NCBI GenBank assembly: GCA_047615865.1
Contig: JBLHIB010000028.1
Location: forward strand, 1-31,653
Direction of reading: 5' to 3'
DNA from: Gammaproteobacteria bacterium
GTDB taxonomy: Bacteria; Bacteroidota; Bacteroidia; Flavobacteriales_D; Sanyastnellaceae
Length of the DNA: 31,653 nucleotides
A program made the translations under genes and the position numbers. The notes beneath the pieces were generated by a model. The model had not been told where the DNA came from. It did not search any database and saw nothing but the letters and a program-made list of their open reading frames with translations. Of this stretch, positions 7,812-15,678 are shown in pieces (within the stretch, counting starts at the first letter, position 1; every line of letters starts with the position of its first letter).

Positions 7812-9302
7812 CTATTCTTCAACAGTTCCTTCTTGCATATTGTCATCCGGTTTCTCGTTTCCCAAAGCTTCCCCTTTGAGGTACTTCGGAAGCTGCATTC
7901 CGGCCATTTTGAACATATCTTCCAATGGTGGAACACTCTGGTACATTCCACTCAAGAAGTTAGCAGTTGATGTCTTACCATCGCCGCTACCTCCATTGTT
8001 TCCATCCCAGACAGTAACCTTATCAATCTTGATGTTTTGGATTGCCTCTGACTGCAAACGCACCAATTCTGGCAACTTGTCGGCGATCATGATCATCACA
8101 GCATCATTTGAATTCTCTCCGGCCGCAGCAACCAACTGGCGGAAACCGTCAGCTTGTTTACTGAGTATCTCATATGTTCCTCGAGCTTCTGCTTCTAACT
8201 TCGCATAGATTGCATCCGCTTCACCTTTGGCGATTCGTCTGATATTCTGAGCCTCGGCTTCTGCGTCAATTTCAACTCTCAACTTCGCTATTTCAGCAGG
8301 AACGACTATGTCGGCATGCTTGGACGCTCGGTCTCTTTCTGCACGTTGATCCTCGGCCATTTTCTGCGCTTGGTAAGCTTCTTCCAAAGCCTTCGCCTCT
8401 TTAACTTTCTCGGCAGCCATAGCTTTTCGAGTAGCCTCGGCTTCTTGAGTTCTACGTTCGGCATCTGACTTGGCAATGTCAATTTTGGATGTATTCTCAC
8501 CTTCTACTGCTCGCGCATTGGCATCTGCAGTTTCGATTCTTTCTGCTCGCATGGCATCTGCCTCACCAATATTCGCGGTAGCATTTGCACTAGCTACTTC
8601 CACACGTTGCTGCTGTTGCGCAATGGCCTCTCCAATAGAACCATCACGATTCTTCTCAGCTACTACTCTCTTAGCATCGTTGATTGCTTTCGCTGCAGCC
8701 TCTTTTCCGAGAGCTTCGATGTAGCCCGACTCATCGGTAATATCTGTAACGTTTACGTTGATCAACTTCAAACCAATTTTCTTGAGCTCGGCCTCTACAT
8801 TAGAGGCTACATTGGCCAAAAACTTATCTCTGTTGTTGTTGATTTCCTCTATATCCATGGTAGCAACCACAAGACGGAGCTGACCAAAAATGATATCCTT
8901 CGCTAGGTCATGAATCTCTTGACGACCCTGACCAAGTAATCTTTCTGCGGCATTGGTCATAATCCCCGGCTCAGTCGAAATACCTACTGTAAAACGAGAA
9001 GGGACATTTACACGAATATTCTGTCGTGAAAGTGCATTTGCCAAGTCAACTTCAATTGAAATTGGTGTCAGGTCCAGAAAAGCATAATCTTGAATAACTG
9101 GCCAAACAAAGGCCGCACCGCCATGAATACACTTTGAAGAGCGAGCTGTAGTAGACCCTTCAACTCCAGTTCTTCCTACTCTTCCGTAGATCACTAAAAT
9201 TCGGTCTGAAGGACAACGTTTGTAGCGCCTTAAAGCGCCTACAATGATTATGAAGAAAAGTACAAAGACTCCTAAGATTGCAGCTAAGAATAATCCTTCC
9301 AT
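7812..9302 (-). CDS. Flotillin / SPFH (band 7) family protein, YqiK/FloT-like.
   Basis: An N-terminal TM helix is followed by an SPFH domain and a long A/E/K/R-rich coiled-coil (EAKALEEAYQAQKMAEDQRAERDRA...). The gene lies immediately downstream of an nfeD-like gene. Confidence 0.88.
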   Translation of the reverse strand: MEGLFLAAILGVFVLFFIIIVGALRRYKRCPSDRILVIYGRVGRTGVEGSTTARSSKCIHGGAAFVWPVIQDYAFLDLTPISIEVDLANALSRQNIRVNVPSRFTVGISTEPGIMTNAAERLLGQGRQEIHDLAKDIIFGQLRLVVATMDIEEINNNRDKFLANVASNVEAELKKIGLKLINVNVTDITDESGYIEALGKEAAAKAINDAKRVVAEKNRDGSIGEAIAQQQQRVEVASANATANIGEADAMRAERIETADANARAVEGENTSKIDIAKSDAERRTQEAEATRKAMAAEKVKEAKALEEAYQAQKMAEDQRAERDRASKHADIVVPAEIAKLRVEIDAEAEAQNIRRIAKGEADAIYAKLEAEARGTYEILSKQADGFRQLVAAAGENSNDAVMIMIADKLPELVRLQSEAIQNIKIDKVTVWDGNNGGSGDGKTSTANFLSGMYQSVPPLEDMFKMAGMQLPKYLKGEALGNEKPDDNMQEGTVEE

Positions 9303-9331
9303 AGTATTTATTTAGTTTAAATGAGTGAATG

Positions 9332-9925
9332 TTATCTACCCGCTTTGGTAACTAACAGAATGTGTTCATCAATAATAGCGACAACCGTTATTATTGAATT
9401 GGTCGGCAAATCATTTTCATCATCGGTCATTGCAGATAATTCGCGCAAACCGCCTTGGATGGTGATTTGGACTTTACCCATCCCCCCTCTTTTGGCTGGT
9501 ACAATGAGATATATTTCACCATGCTTACCAATCGCATTTTTCATATTTAGGGTGCCATTTTCAGCAAGTCTCATTAGCAAGAAGAAAACGGCCGCCATCA
9601 TAGTCATCATTACCAATCCGCAAAAACTAGAAACCGCGAGGGTTGCAAATGTCGAGTATCCTCCTTCGATCATACCTAATCCAACCCAACCGAATATGGT
9701 AAAAAACCCTACTAAATTTTTAAGTGAGAAGAATTGAAAGCCAATCCCTGGATCGCCTTCTACCTCTAAATCAGCGTCGGCCACATCAGCATCAATCTCA
9801 CCTCCAAAGAATGTCAGAATCATCAGAATCACCAAAATCCCTGAGGCAGGAATAGCGACAGCCCAATAAACGGATTCCAAAGTTGTGAGTTCACCCCACC
9901 AAGAAGATATATCAAGGATAGTCAT
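9332..9925 (-). CDS. NfeD-like (YqiJ family) membrane protein, partner of flotillin.
   Basis: Several N-terminal TM helices are followed by a C-terminal OB-fold-like segment (GEIYLIVPAKRGGMGKVQITIQGGLRELSAMTDDEN...). The 29-nt gap to the flotillin start indicates the classic nfeD-floT operon arrangement. Confidence 0.8.
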   Translation of the reverse strand: MTILDISSWWGELTTLESVYWAVAIPASGILVILMILTFFGGEIDADVADADLEVEGDPGIGFQFFSLKNLVGFFTIFGWVGLGMIEGGYSTFATLAVSSFCGLVMMTMMAAVFFLLMRLAENGTLNMKNAIGKHGEIYLIVPAKRGGMGKVQITIQGGLRELSAMTDDENDLPTNSIITVVAIIDEHILLVTKAGR

Positions 9926-9958
9926 GGTTGTGCTTTTTAGGTATTGTTCTTCTCCGAT

Positions 9959-9977
9959 ACAGCTGCCAAGCAGCTGT
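9959..9977. promoter_or_regulatory. Perfect inverted repeat ACAGCTG-n5-CAGCTGT, 34 nt upstream of the nfeD start. It is a possible operator or 5' structure.
   Basis: The sequence is acagctgccaagcagctgt. The two arms are exact reverse complements. Confidence 0.2.
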
Positions 9978-10125
9978 TCAACTCAGGACATTGCATGCCT
10001 AGTATCGGTGCTCGTGAAATTAGGCTTTAATTGGCTTTCAGCAAATGAAAAGCTAAAAATTGACTTGAAAATGTACGTGAAATCATACAGCTACAGAAAA
10101 GACGCCTGAATCAAGGGAATGTTAC

Positions 10126-10173
10126 AAAAAATCAAAAAAAAGAGGTTGAACATTTAAGCAATATTCAACCTCT
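10126..10173 (-). terminator. Rho-independent terminator for the cyclophilin gene, insulating it from the nfeD-floT promoter region.
   Basis: A 10-bp perfect stem (AGAGGTTGAA ... TTCAACCTCT) encloses a 13-nt loop. On the minus strand it is followed by TTTTTTTGATTTTT. Confidence 0.6.
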
Positions 10174-10195
10174 AAACTCTTTTGTATGGATTGGT

Positions 10196-10639
10196 TTAGC
10201 CATTTTGGCCGCCATCTGCTACAATGCTTTCAATTCGATCACCTTCTTGGATAGCATCAATTACTTCCAATCCGTCAATTACTTTTGCAAAGCACGTATG
10301 ATTTCCATCTAAGTGAGACGTGTTGTTGCGGCTGTGGCAAATAAAGAATTGAGATCCTCCTGTGTTGCGCCCAGCATGTGCCATCGACAAAACTCCACGG
10401 TCGTGGTATTGGTTTTCTCCGCTCAATTCACAGTCAATTGTGTATCCTGGTCCACCACCGCCAGTTCCATCTGGGCATCCGCCTTGAACTACGAAATCAG
10501 GAATTACACGGTGAAAATTAAGTCCATCGTAATATCCTTCTTTTGCCAACTTTACAAAGTTAGACACCGTTTTTGGCGCGTCAGCTTCATAGAACTCTAT
10601 GGTCATTACACCCTTCTTAGTATTGATTTTCGCTTGCAT
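10196..10639 (-). CDS. Peptidyl-prolyl cis-trans isomerase, cyclophilin type (cytoplasmic, PpiB-like).
   Basis: The 147-aa product contains FHRVIPDFVVQGGCP, GGPGYTIDCE and SMAHAGRNTGGSQFFICH, the hallmark cyclophilin motifs. There is no signal peptide. Confidence 0.9.
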   Translation of the reverse strand: MQAKINTKKGVMTIEFYEADAPKTVSNFVKLAKEGYYDGLNFHRVIPDFVVQGGCPDGTGGGGPGYTIDCELSGENQYHDRGVLSMAHAGRNTGGSQFFICHSRNNTSHLDGNHTCFAKVIDGLEVIDAIQEGDRIESIVADGGQNG

Positions 10640-10670
10640 AATCTCGTTTTTGTACCAAATCTTTCGAGGT

Positions 10671-10678
10671 CAAAAGTA
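10671..10678 (-). promoter_or_regulatory. Candidate -7 element (TAnnTTTG, read on the minus strand as TACTTTTG) for the cyclophilin gene.
   Basis: The plus strand reads CAAAAGTA, which would give a ~31-nt leader to the start at 10639. Confidence 0.25.
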
Positions 10679-10883
10679 TAAAACAATCCGAACAGTTTGT
10701 GGACATCGGCGTATTTGCACAAGGTTTTTTAGCACAAGGCAAATGTCCATTCGCGAGTAACTACAGCTATTGCACGAAATTTTCACCTTTTATTATTTCG
10801 CAGCTACAAAAGAAATCACGGCTCTTACAAAGTCAACGAAAATTATACGGCCATTCAGCTTTGATTTTTCCTATTTTCACGCC

Positions 10884-11795
10884 ATGCCGTATATGTTATC
10901 AATAGATCGAAGCCCTTTGTGGCTAAATTCCTGGAAAATACCTAAAGATGAAGAAGAGTTCTGCATCCTTCTAGTTCACGGAATGGCCGAACACTCAGGG
11001 AGATACGAGAATTTCGCCAAGTTCTGCAACTTGCACAAAGGAAGTGTACACGCCGTGGATTTACGTGGTTTTGGAAAAAGTATTGATGATGAGAATGGAT
11101 ATGGTTTCATCATTGACGGACAAGGTTGGAAGACTTATTTGCACGATATTGATTGCGCGCTCACAGAAGCAAGGGCAGATTCAATCGCCCCGACTTTCAT
11201 GATGGGACACAGCATGGGGGCCTTGCTCGTCCTTTCCTACATGCAGGAATGTGCACCTGTTGTTGACGGTTGGATCATTTCTGGTTTGCCCGAGGTTGCT
11301 GGAATCAAAGACATCGCGGGCAATGTGCTTGGGCGTTTGCAGGGGACTTTATGGCGCATGCGGGCTAAGGGATATATACACGCAGCGCTTAGTTTTGTCT
11401 TGTGGAACAAGAAGTTCAAACCCAACCGCACGAAGTTTGACTGGCTTAGTAGAGATGAAAATGAAGTAGACAAATACATTGCAGACCCCCTCTGTGGCAG
11501 GGTCGTTACAGCTCGCCTCTTCAGTGAGATTCAGCATGCCGCGACATTTGCGTGGTCAAAACGCCTGCTTGAAAAAATGCCTAGTGAAGTACCGATGTAT
11601 ATGTTTGCTGGTGCAGACGACCCCGTAATTGGCGGAAAAGCTGGTTTTGAAAAACAAGTCAAAATCTTGGGTAAGTATCTAGACAACATGACAACACATG
11701 TATACGATGGAGCCCGACATGAATGTCTCAATGAAACCAACGTCGATGAGGTAATGGACGATTTTATTAACTGGATGCTACGACAACTTGACTAA
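10884..11795 (+). CDS. Alpha/beta hydrolase of the lysophospholipase / monoacylglycerol-lipase-like family.
   Basis: HGMAEHSGRY (oxyanion-hole region) and GHSMGA (nucleophile elbow GxSxG) are present, as is a C-terminal D...H. The track ORF starts at 10770, but the in-frame ATG at 10884 (MPYMLSI...) gives a family-typical ~303 aa. Confidence 0.75.
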   Translation: MPYMLSIDRSPLWLNSWKIPKDEEEFCILLVHGMAEHSGRYENFAKFCNLHKGSVHAVDLRGFGKSIDDENGYGFIIDGQGWKTYLHDIDCALTEARADSIAPTFMMGHSMGALLVLSYMQECAPVVDGWIISGLPEVAGIKDIAGNVLGRLQGTLWRMRAKGYIHAALSFVLWNKKFKPNRTKFDWLSRDENEVDKYIADPLCGRVVTARLFSEIQHAATFAWSKRLLEKMPSEVPMYMFAGADDPVIGGKAGFEKQVKILGKYLDNMTTHVYDGARHECLNETNVDEVMDDFINWMLRQLD

Positions 11796-12837
11796 AAAAA
11801 TATTCATATCAATTATAGCAGTTGGATTACTATTCGGCTTATACGTACTTGGCGTCATCTTGTGGGGCACTTTTTCAGATTGGTCTCCACCAAAGCAAGC
11901 GGCAGTGTATACATCTCCGTTGAATGCTAGCGAGCAAGATAGCGTTCTTGAATTTATATCTTGGAATGTTGGCTTTGGCGGACTAGGCAAAGAGACTTCC
12001 TTCTTTTATGATGGCGGTAAGACCGTAATTCAGGAGCTAGACCTAGTTGAGAAAAATATTGAAGGTGCTGCCGACCTCATATCAGAATACAAACACGTTG
12101 AGTTCTTTCTCTTGCAGGAAGTAGACTCTAGCGCTAGAAGAAGTCATGAAATCAATGAAGTGCAACAGTTTAAGTCGGCACTCCCCAATCACTCATCGGC
12201 TTTCGCCATGAATTACAACGTAGATTTCGTGCCACTACCCATCTTCAATCCGATGGGCAATGTACGTTCTGGACTTGCGTCGTTCAGTTCTTTGCCGACG
12301 GAGAATGTTGAGCGATACAGTTTCGCTACACAATTTGAATGGCCAAGGCGCTTGTTTTTCTTGGACAGGTGTTTTCTTGCCCAACATACTAAATGGAAAG
12401 ACCATGAGTTGGTTGTGATAAATACGCATTGCAGCGCCTACGACACGTCTGGAACAATGGTAGCCGCAGAAATTGACTATATCATCGAATATGCGACCAA
12501 AGCTTTCAATGAAGGCAAACACGTGATTATAGGAGGTGATTGGAATCAATGTCCTCCTGGATATTCTCCTATTAATCCTGAAGGTGGTTACAATGAATAC
12601 GTGCTCACCGAAGAACAATTACCTGACGGTTGGAGATGGATTGCTGATACGAACACGGCAACAAATCGCAAACTAGACAAAGCTTACGACCCGGCTACTA
12701 GTTATACTTCAGTAATCGATCATTACTTAGTTTCACCTGGAATCAATATCGAAGACATTCATGTTATTCAAACGAATTTTGAGTTTTCAGATCATCAACC
12801 TGTCTATCTAAAAATAAGCCTTTCAGATCTCCCCTAG
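11788..12837 (+). CDS. Membrane-anchored endonuclease/exonuclease/phosphatase (EEP) family protein.
   Basis: The TTG start overlaps the stop of the upstream hydrolase by 8 nt. An N-terminal TM helix (IFISIIAVGLLFGLYVLGVILWG) is present. EEP motifs include FISWNVGFGG (N-terminal Asn/Glu region) and FEFSDHQPVYLKISL (C-terminal SDH). The length is 349 aa. Confidence 0.7.
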   Translation: MTKKIFISIIAVGLLFGLYVLGVILWGTFSDWSPPKQAAVYTSPLNASEQDSVLEFISWNVGFGGLGKETSFFYDGGKTVIQELDLVEKNIEGAADLISEYKHVEFFLLQEVDSSARRSHEINEVQQFKSALPNHSSAFAMNYNVDFVPLPIFNPMGNVRSGLASFSSLPTENVERYSFATQFEWPRRLFFLDRCFLAQHTKWKDHELVVINTHCSAYDTSGTMVAAEIDYIIEYATKAFNEGKHVIIGGDWNQCPPGYSPINPEGGYNEYVLTEEQLPDGWRWIADTNTATNRKLDKAYDPATSYTSVIDHYLVSPGINIEDIHVIQTNFEFSDHQPVYLKISLSDLP

Positions 12838-12877
12838 CCTGCGATTCACATTTCGGTCATAGCGTGATTCAAAACTT

Positions 12878-12885
12878 TATCTTTG
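12878..12885 (+). promoter_or_regulatory. Candidate -7 element TATCTTTG located only 4 nt before the aroC ATG, suggesting a leaderless or near-leaderless transcript.
   Basis: The sequence is exactly TATCTTTG, matching the TAnnTTTG consensus. Confidence 0.2.
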
Positions 12886-12889
12886 CTTC

Positions 12890-13969
12890 ATGGCATCAAA
12901 TACAATTGGAAAGTACTTCTCTTTGACAACTTTTGGCGAAAGTCATGGCCCCGCAATGGGTGGAATCATTGATGGTTGTCCGGCTGGAGTAACCTTGGAC
13001 CTCGATGCCATTCAAAACGAACTGAACAGACGACGACCTGGCCAAAGCAAGCTGACCAGTCCACGAAAAGAAGCAGACCATGTCGAGTTTCTAAGCGGAA
13101 TATTCGAAGGGAAATCGACAGGAAGCCCTATAGGTTTTATAGTCCGAAATGCTGATCAACGCTCAGGTGACTACGAAGAAATTAAGAAGACTTACCGCCC
13201 TTCTCATGCCGATTACACGTATGATAGCAAGTATGGTTTCCGGGATTACCGAGGCGGTGGACGCGCTTCGGCGCGTGAAACACTCAACTGGGTTATCGGC
13301 GGATCTGTAGCCCGACAAGTTTTGGCTTATCCCAAGGTCGAGACAATGGCATGGACCCAGCGGATTGGTAACATTGCACTCACCCCTTCCAAGCAAAAAT
13401 GGACCAAGGACGACATTGAGTCAAGCCTTGTTCGTTGTCCGCACCAAAATTCTTCACGACAAATGGAAGAAGCCATAAGCGCGGCGCAAGGAGAAGGAAA
13501 TACTCTCGGCGGGGCCATTGACGTGCTGGTGAGCCAAGTACCTGCGGGCTGGGGTGATCCAGTTTTCAGAAAACTACATGCTCAGTTGGGACATGCTTTA
13601 CTTTCGATCAATGCCGTGAAATCAGTAGAGTTTGGCAGCGGAATTGAAGGAACCAAAAGCGATGGCAAAAGTCAAAACGATGCATTCAAAAGCGATGATG
13701 GTGAAATTGCAACTCAAAGCAACAACAGTGGTGGAATACAGGGTGGAATAAGCAATGGCCAATCCATTGCGATTCGCGTACATTTCAAACCAGTTGCCAC
13801 TATTCTTGTCGAACAGGAATCTGTCAATCAACAAGGCGAAGAAATAAAACTGAAAGTCCGCGGACGACATGATGCTTGCGTTATACCGAGAGCCATTCCT
13901 ATCGTTGAGGCTATGGTCAATTTGGTATTGGTTGATGCCATGCTCGCTAGCAGGTTATCCACCATTTAG
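12890..13969 (+). CDS. aroC: Chorismate synthase.
   Basis: The N-terminus MASNTIGKYFSLTTFGESHGPAMGGIIDGCPAGV matches the AroC N-terminal signature. RPGQS, YRGGGRASARET and a C-terminal RHD are also present. Length is 359 aa. Confidence 0.92.
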   Translation: MASNTIGKYFSLTTFGESHGPAMGGIIDGCPAGVTLDLDAIQNELNRRRPGQSKLTSPRKEADHVEFLSGIFEGKSTGSPIGFIVRNADQRSGDYEEIKKTYRPSHADYTYDSKYGFRDYRGGGRASARETLNWVIGGSVARQVLAYPKVETMAWTQRIGNIALTPSKQKWTKDDIESSLVRCPHQNSSRQMEEAISAAQGEGNTLGGAIDVLVSQVPAGWGDPVFRKLHAQLGHALLSINAVKSVEFGSGIEGTKSDGKSQNDAFKSDDGEIATQSNNSGGIQGGISNGQSIAIRVHFKPVATILVEQESVNQQGEEIKLKVRGRHDACVIPRAIPIVEAMVNLVLVDAMLASRLSTI

Positions 13970-14080
13970 TAACTCGCCATTTGCGCTAAGCGCTTCATTT
14001 TAATCTTATTCTCGCCTATTTTACTTTCTATTGCTCATTAGCAGCCCGATCTTTCTATTTTAGCGATCAAAGTTGAAAGG

Positions 14081-15517
14081 ATGAAGATGAAAAAGAAGTT
14101 AGCGCTGCATTGGCAAGTGATCATAGGTTTGGTTCTGGGTGCAGTATATGCATGGTGTTCCATCGAGTTCGGTTTCAACGAATTCACGAAGTTTTATATC
14201 AAGCCATTTGGAGACATTTTCATCAATGTTCTGAAACTAGTAGCGGTCCCACTTGTTCTTTTCTCGATTATAGTAGGTGTTGCCTCTTTGAAAGACATCA
14301 AGAAATTAGGTAAAATGGGACTCAAGACCGTGGTGACTTATGTCCTCACGACGATGATTGCAGTTGTTGTAGGCCTCACATTAGTGAATGTAATAAAGCC
14401 CGGCGAACAACAAAGTGATGAAGTCCGATTAAGAAATAGAATTTCATATGAGTTATGGCGTGATGCCGCAGGAGTGGACAAAGTAGATGACTTGTGCATG
14501 ATTTGTGACCCTGCTAATGCCGCTATTGTTGCTGAATTGAGCGCAGGAGAGGCAAGTGCTGAGCACGACTGGGTTACTGACAAACTAAACAAGGCAAAGC
14601 GTGAGAAGGAACTTCAAAGCGAAATGGGTCCTTTAAAAGCATTGGTCGAAATCGTTCCAACCAACATTTTCAAAGCACTTTCTGATTCAACTATGTTGCA
14701 GGTGATCTTCTTCGCCATTTTCTTCGGAATAGTCCTAGTTTCTTTACCCAAGGAAAAGCGCGATCCCGTATTTAAAGTAGTAGATGGATTGAATGAAGTC
14801 TTTGTGCGCATGATCTTTGTGGTCATGAAAGCCATGCCTGTTTTTGTATTTGCGCTTATGGCAGGTCAAATTGTCAACGCCGCCGGTTCCGACCCCGCTA
14901 GATTCTTTGAGTTGCTGGATTTCTTATGGATTTATTCATTGGTAGTCATCATAGGTTTACTTTTCATGATCTTCATCTTCTACCCTACGGTTGTTACGAT
15001 CTTAGTTAAGAAAATCAAGTTTAAGTATTTCGTAAAAGGTATGCGCGATGCGCAAATCACGGCCTTTTCGACCTCGTCATCGGTAGCCACACTGCCGGTA
15101 ACAATGGATTGCGTTAAAAACAAGATTGGTGTATCAGAAAGCACAACAAGTTTTGTTCTTCCTATAGGCGCCACGGTGAATATGGATGGAACGAGTCTAT
15201 ACCAAGCGATTGCGGTGGTAGCAATGGCTCAGTTTCACATGGTTGACTTAACGATTGCCCAACAATTGGTGATTATCCTTACTGCTACTCTTGCCAGTAT
15301 TGGTGCAGCAGCAGTTCCTAGTGCTGGATTGGTGCTGATGATCATTGTACTTGAGAGTGTCGGTTTGAATCCGGCGTGGATTGCTTTAATCTTTCCTGTA
15401 GATCGAATTTTGGATATGTGTCGAACTGTCGTCAATGTCACTGGAGATGGCGCTGTATCGACAATTATAGCCGCTTCTGAAAACGAATTGACCCTTGTTG
15501 ACCAGGAAGCAACTTAG
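14081..15517 (+). CDS. Dicarboxylate/amino acid:cation symporter (DAACS family, GltP/GltT-like).
   Basis: Multiple TM helices are present. Conserved motifs include GATVNMDGT and AAVPSAGLVLMIIVLES...DRILDMCRTVVNVTGD. The 3-4 loop is unusually long at ~80 aa (GEQQSD...GPLKALVEIVP). Confidence 0.88.
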   Translation: MKMKKKLALHWQVIIGLVLGAVYAWCSIEFGFNEFTKFYIKPFGDIFINVLKLVAVPLVLFSIIVGVASLKDIKKLGKMGLKTVVTYVLTTMIAVVVGLTLVNVIKPGEQQSDEVRLRNRISYELWRDAAGVDKVDDLCMICDPANAAIVAELSAGEASAEHDWVTDKLNKAKREKELQSEMGPLKALVEIVPTNIFKALSDSTMLQVIFFAIFFGIVLVSLPKEKRDPVFKVVDGLNEVFVRMIFVVMKAMPVFVFALMAGQIVNAAGSDPARFFELLDFLWIYSLVVIIGLLFMIFIFYPTVVTILVKKIKFKYFVKGMRDAQITAFSTSSSVATLPVTMDCVKNKIGVSESTTSFVLPIGATVNMDGTSLYQAIAVVAMAQFHMVDLTIAQQLVIILTATLASIGAAAVPSAGLVLMIIVLESVGLNPAWIALIFPVDRILDMCRTVVNVTGDGAVSTIIAASENELTLVDQEAT

Positions 15518-15678
15518 CACGTAATCTAGGCATCAAAAATGTTCTAATTTAATGTGACTATTTGCGGGAAACAGACGCCCAATGAATGTCAATAGATTGT
15601 AGATAATTTTATTCTCTATTCTTCGTTAAGACAGTAATATTCTGTCTAATTTCGGTCACCGGATTTCATTGAAACCTC

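Noticed and set aside
7840-9737. Plus-strand ORFs overlapping the flotillin/nfeD genes (7840..8208, 8470..8724, 8607..8906, 9321..9737) and the minus-strand ORF 8306..8500.
   Set aside because: These are shadow ORFs of the A/E-rich coiled-coil coding region and of nfeD. They have no features of real proteins.
10770-10883. N-terminal extension of the hydrolase ORF (start at 10770).
   Set aside because: The extension (MHEIFTFYYFAATKEITALTK...) has no family support and makes the protein ~40 aa longer than typical lysophospholipase-like enzymes. The internal ATG at 10884 gives a normal N-terminus. The longer form cannot be excluded.
15620-15650. Inverted repeat AGACAGtaatattCTGTCT upstream of the AsmA gene.
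   Set aside because: The stem is a short 6-bp AT-rich one of the kind expected by chance in AT-rich intergenic DNA. No second copy was noticed.
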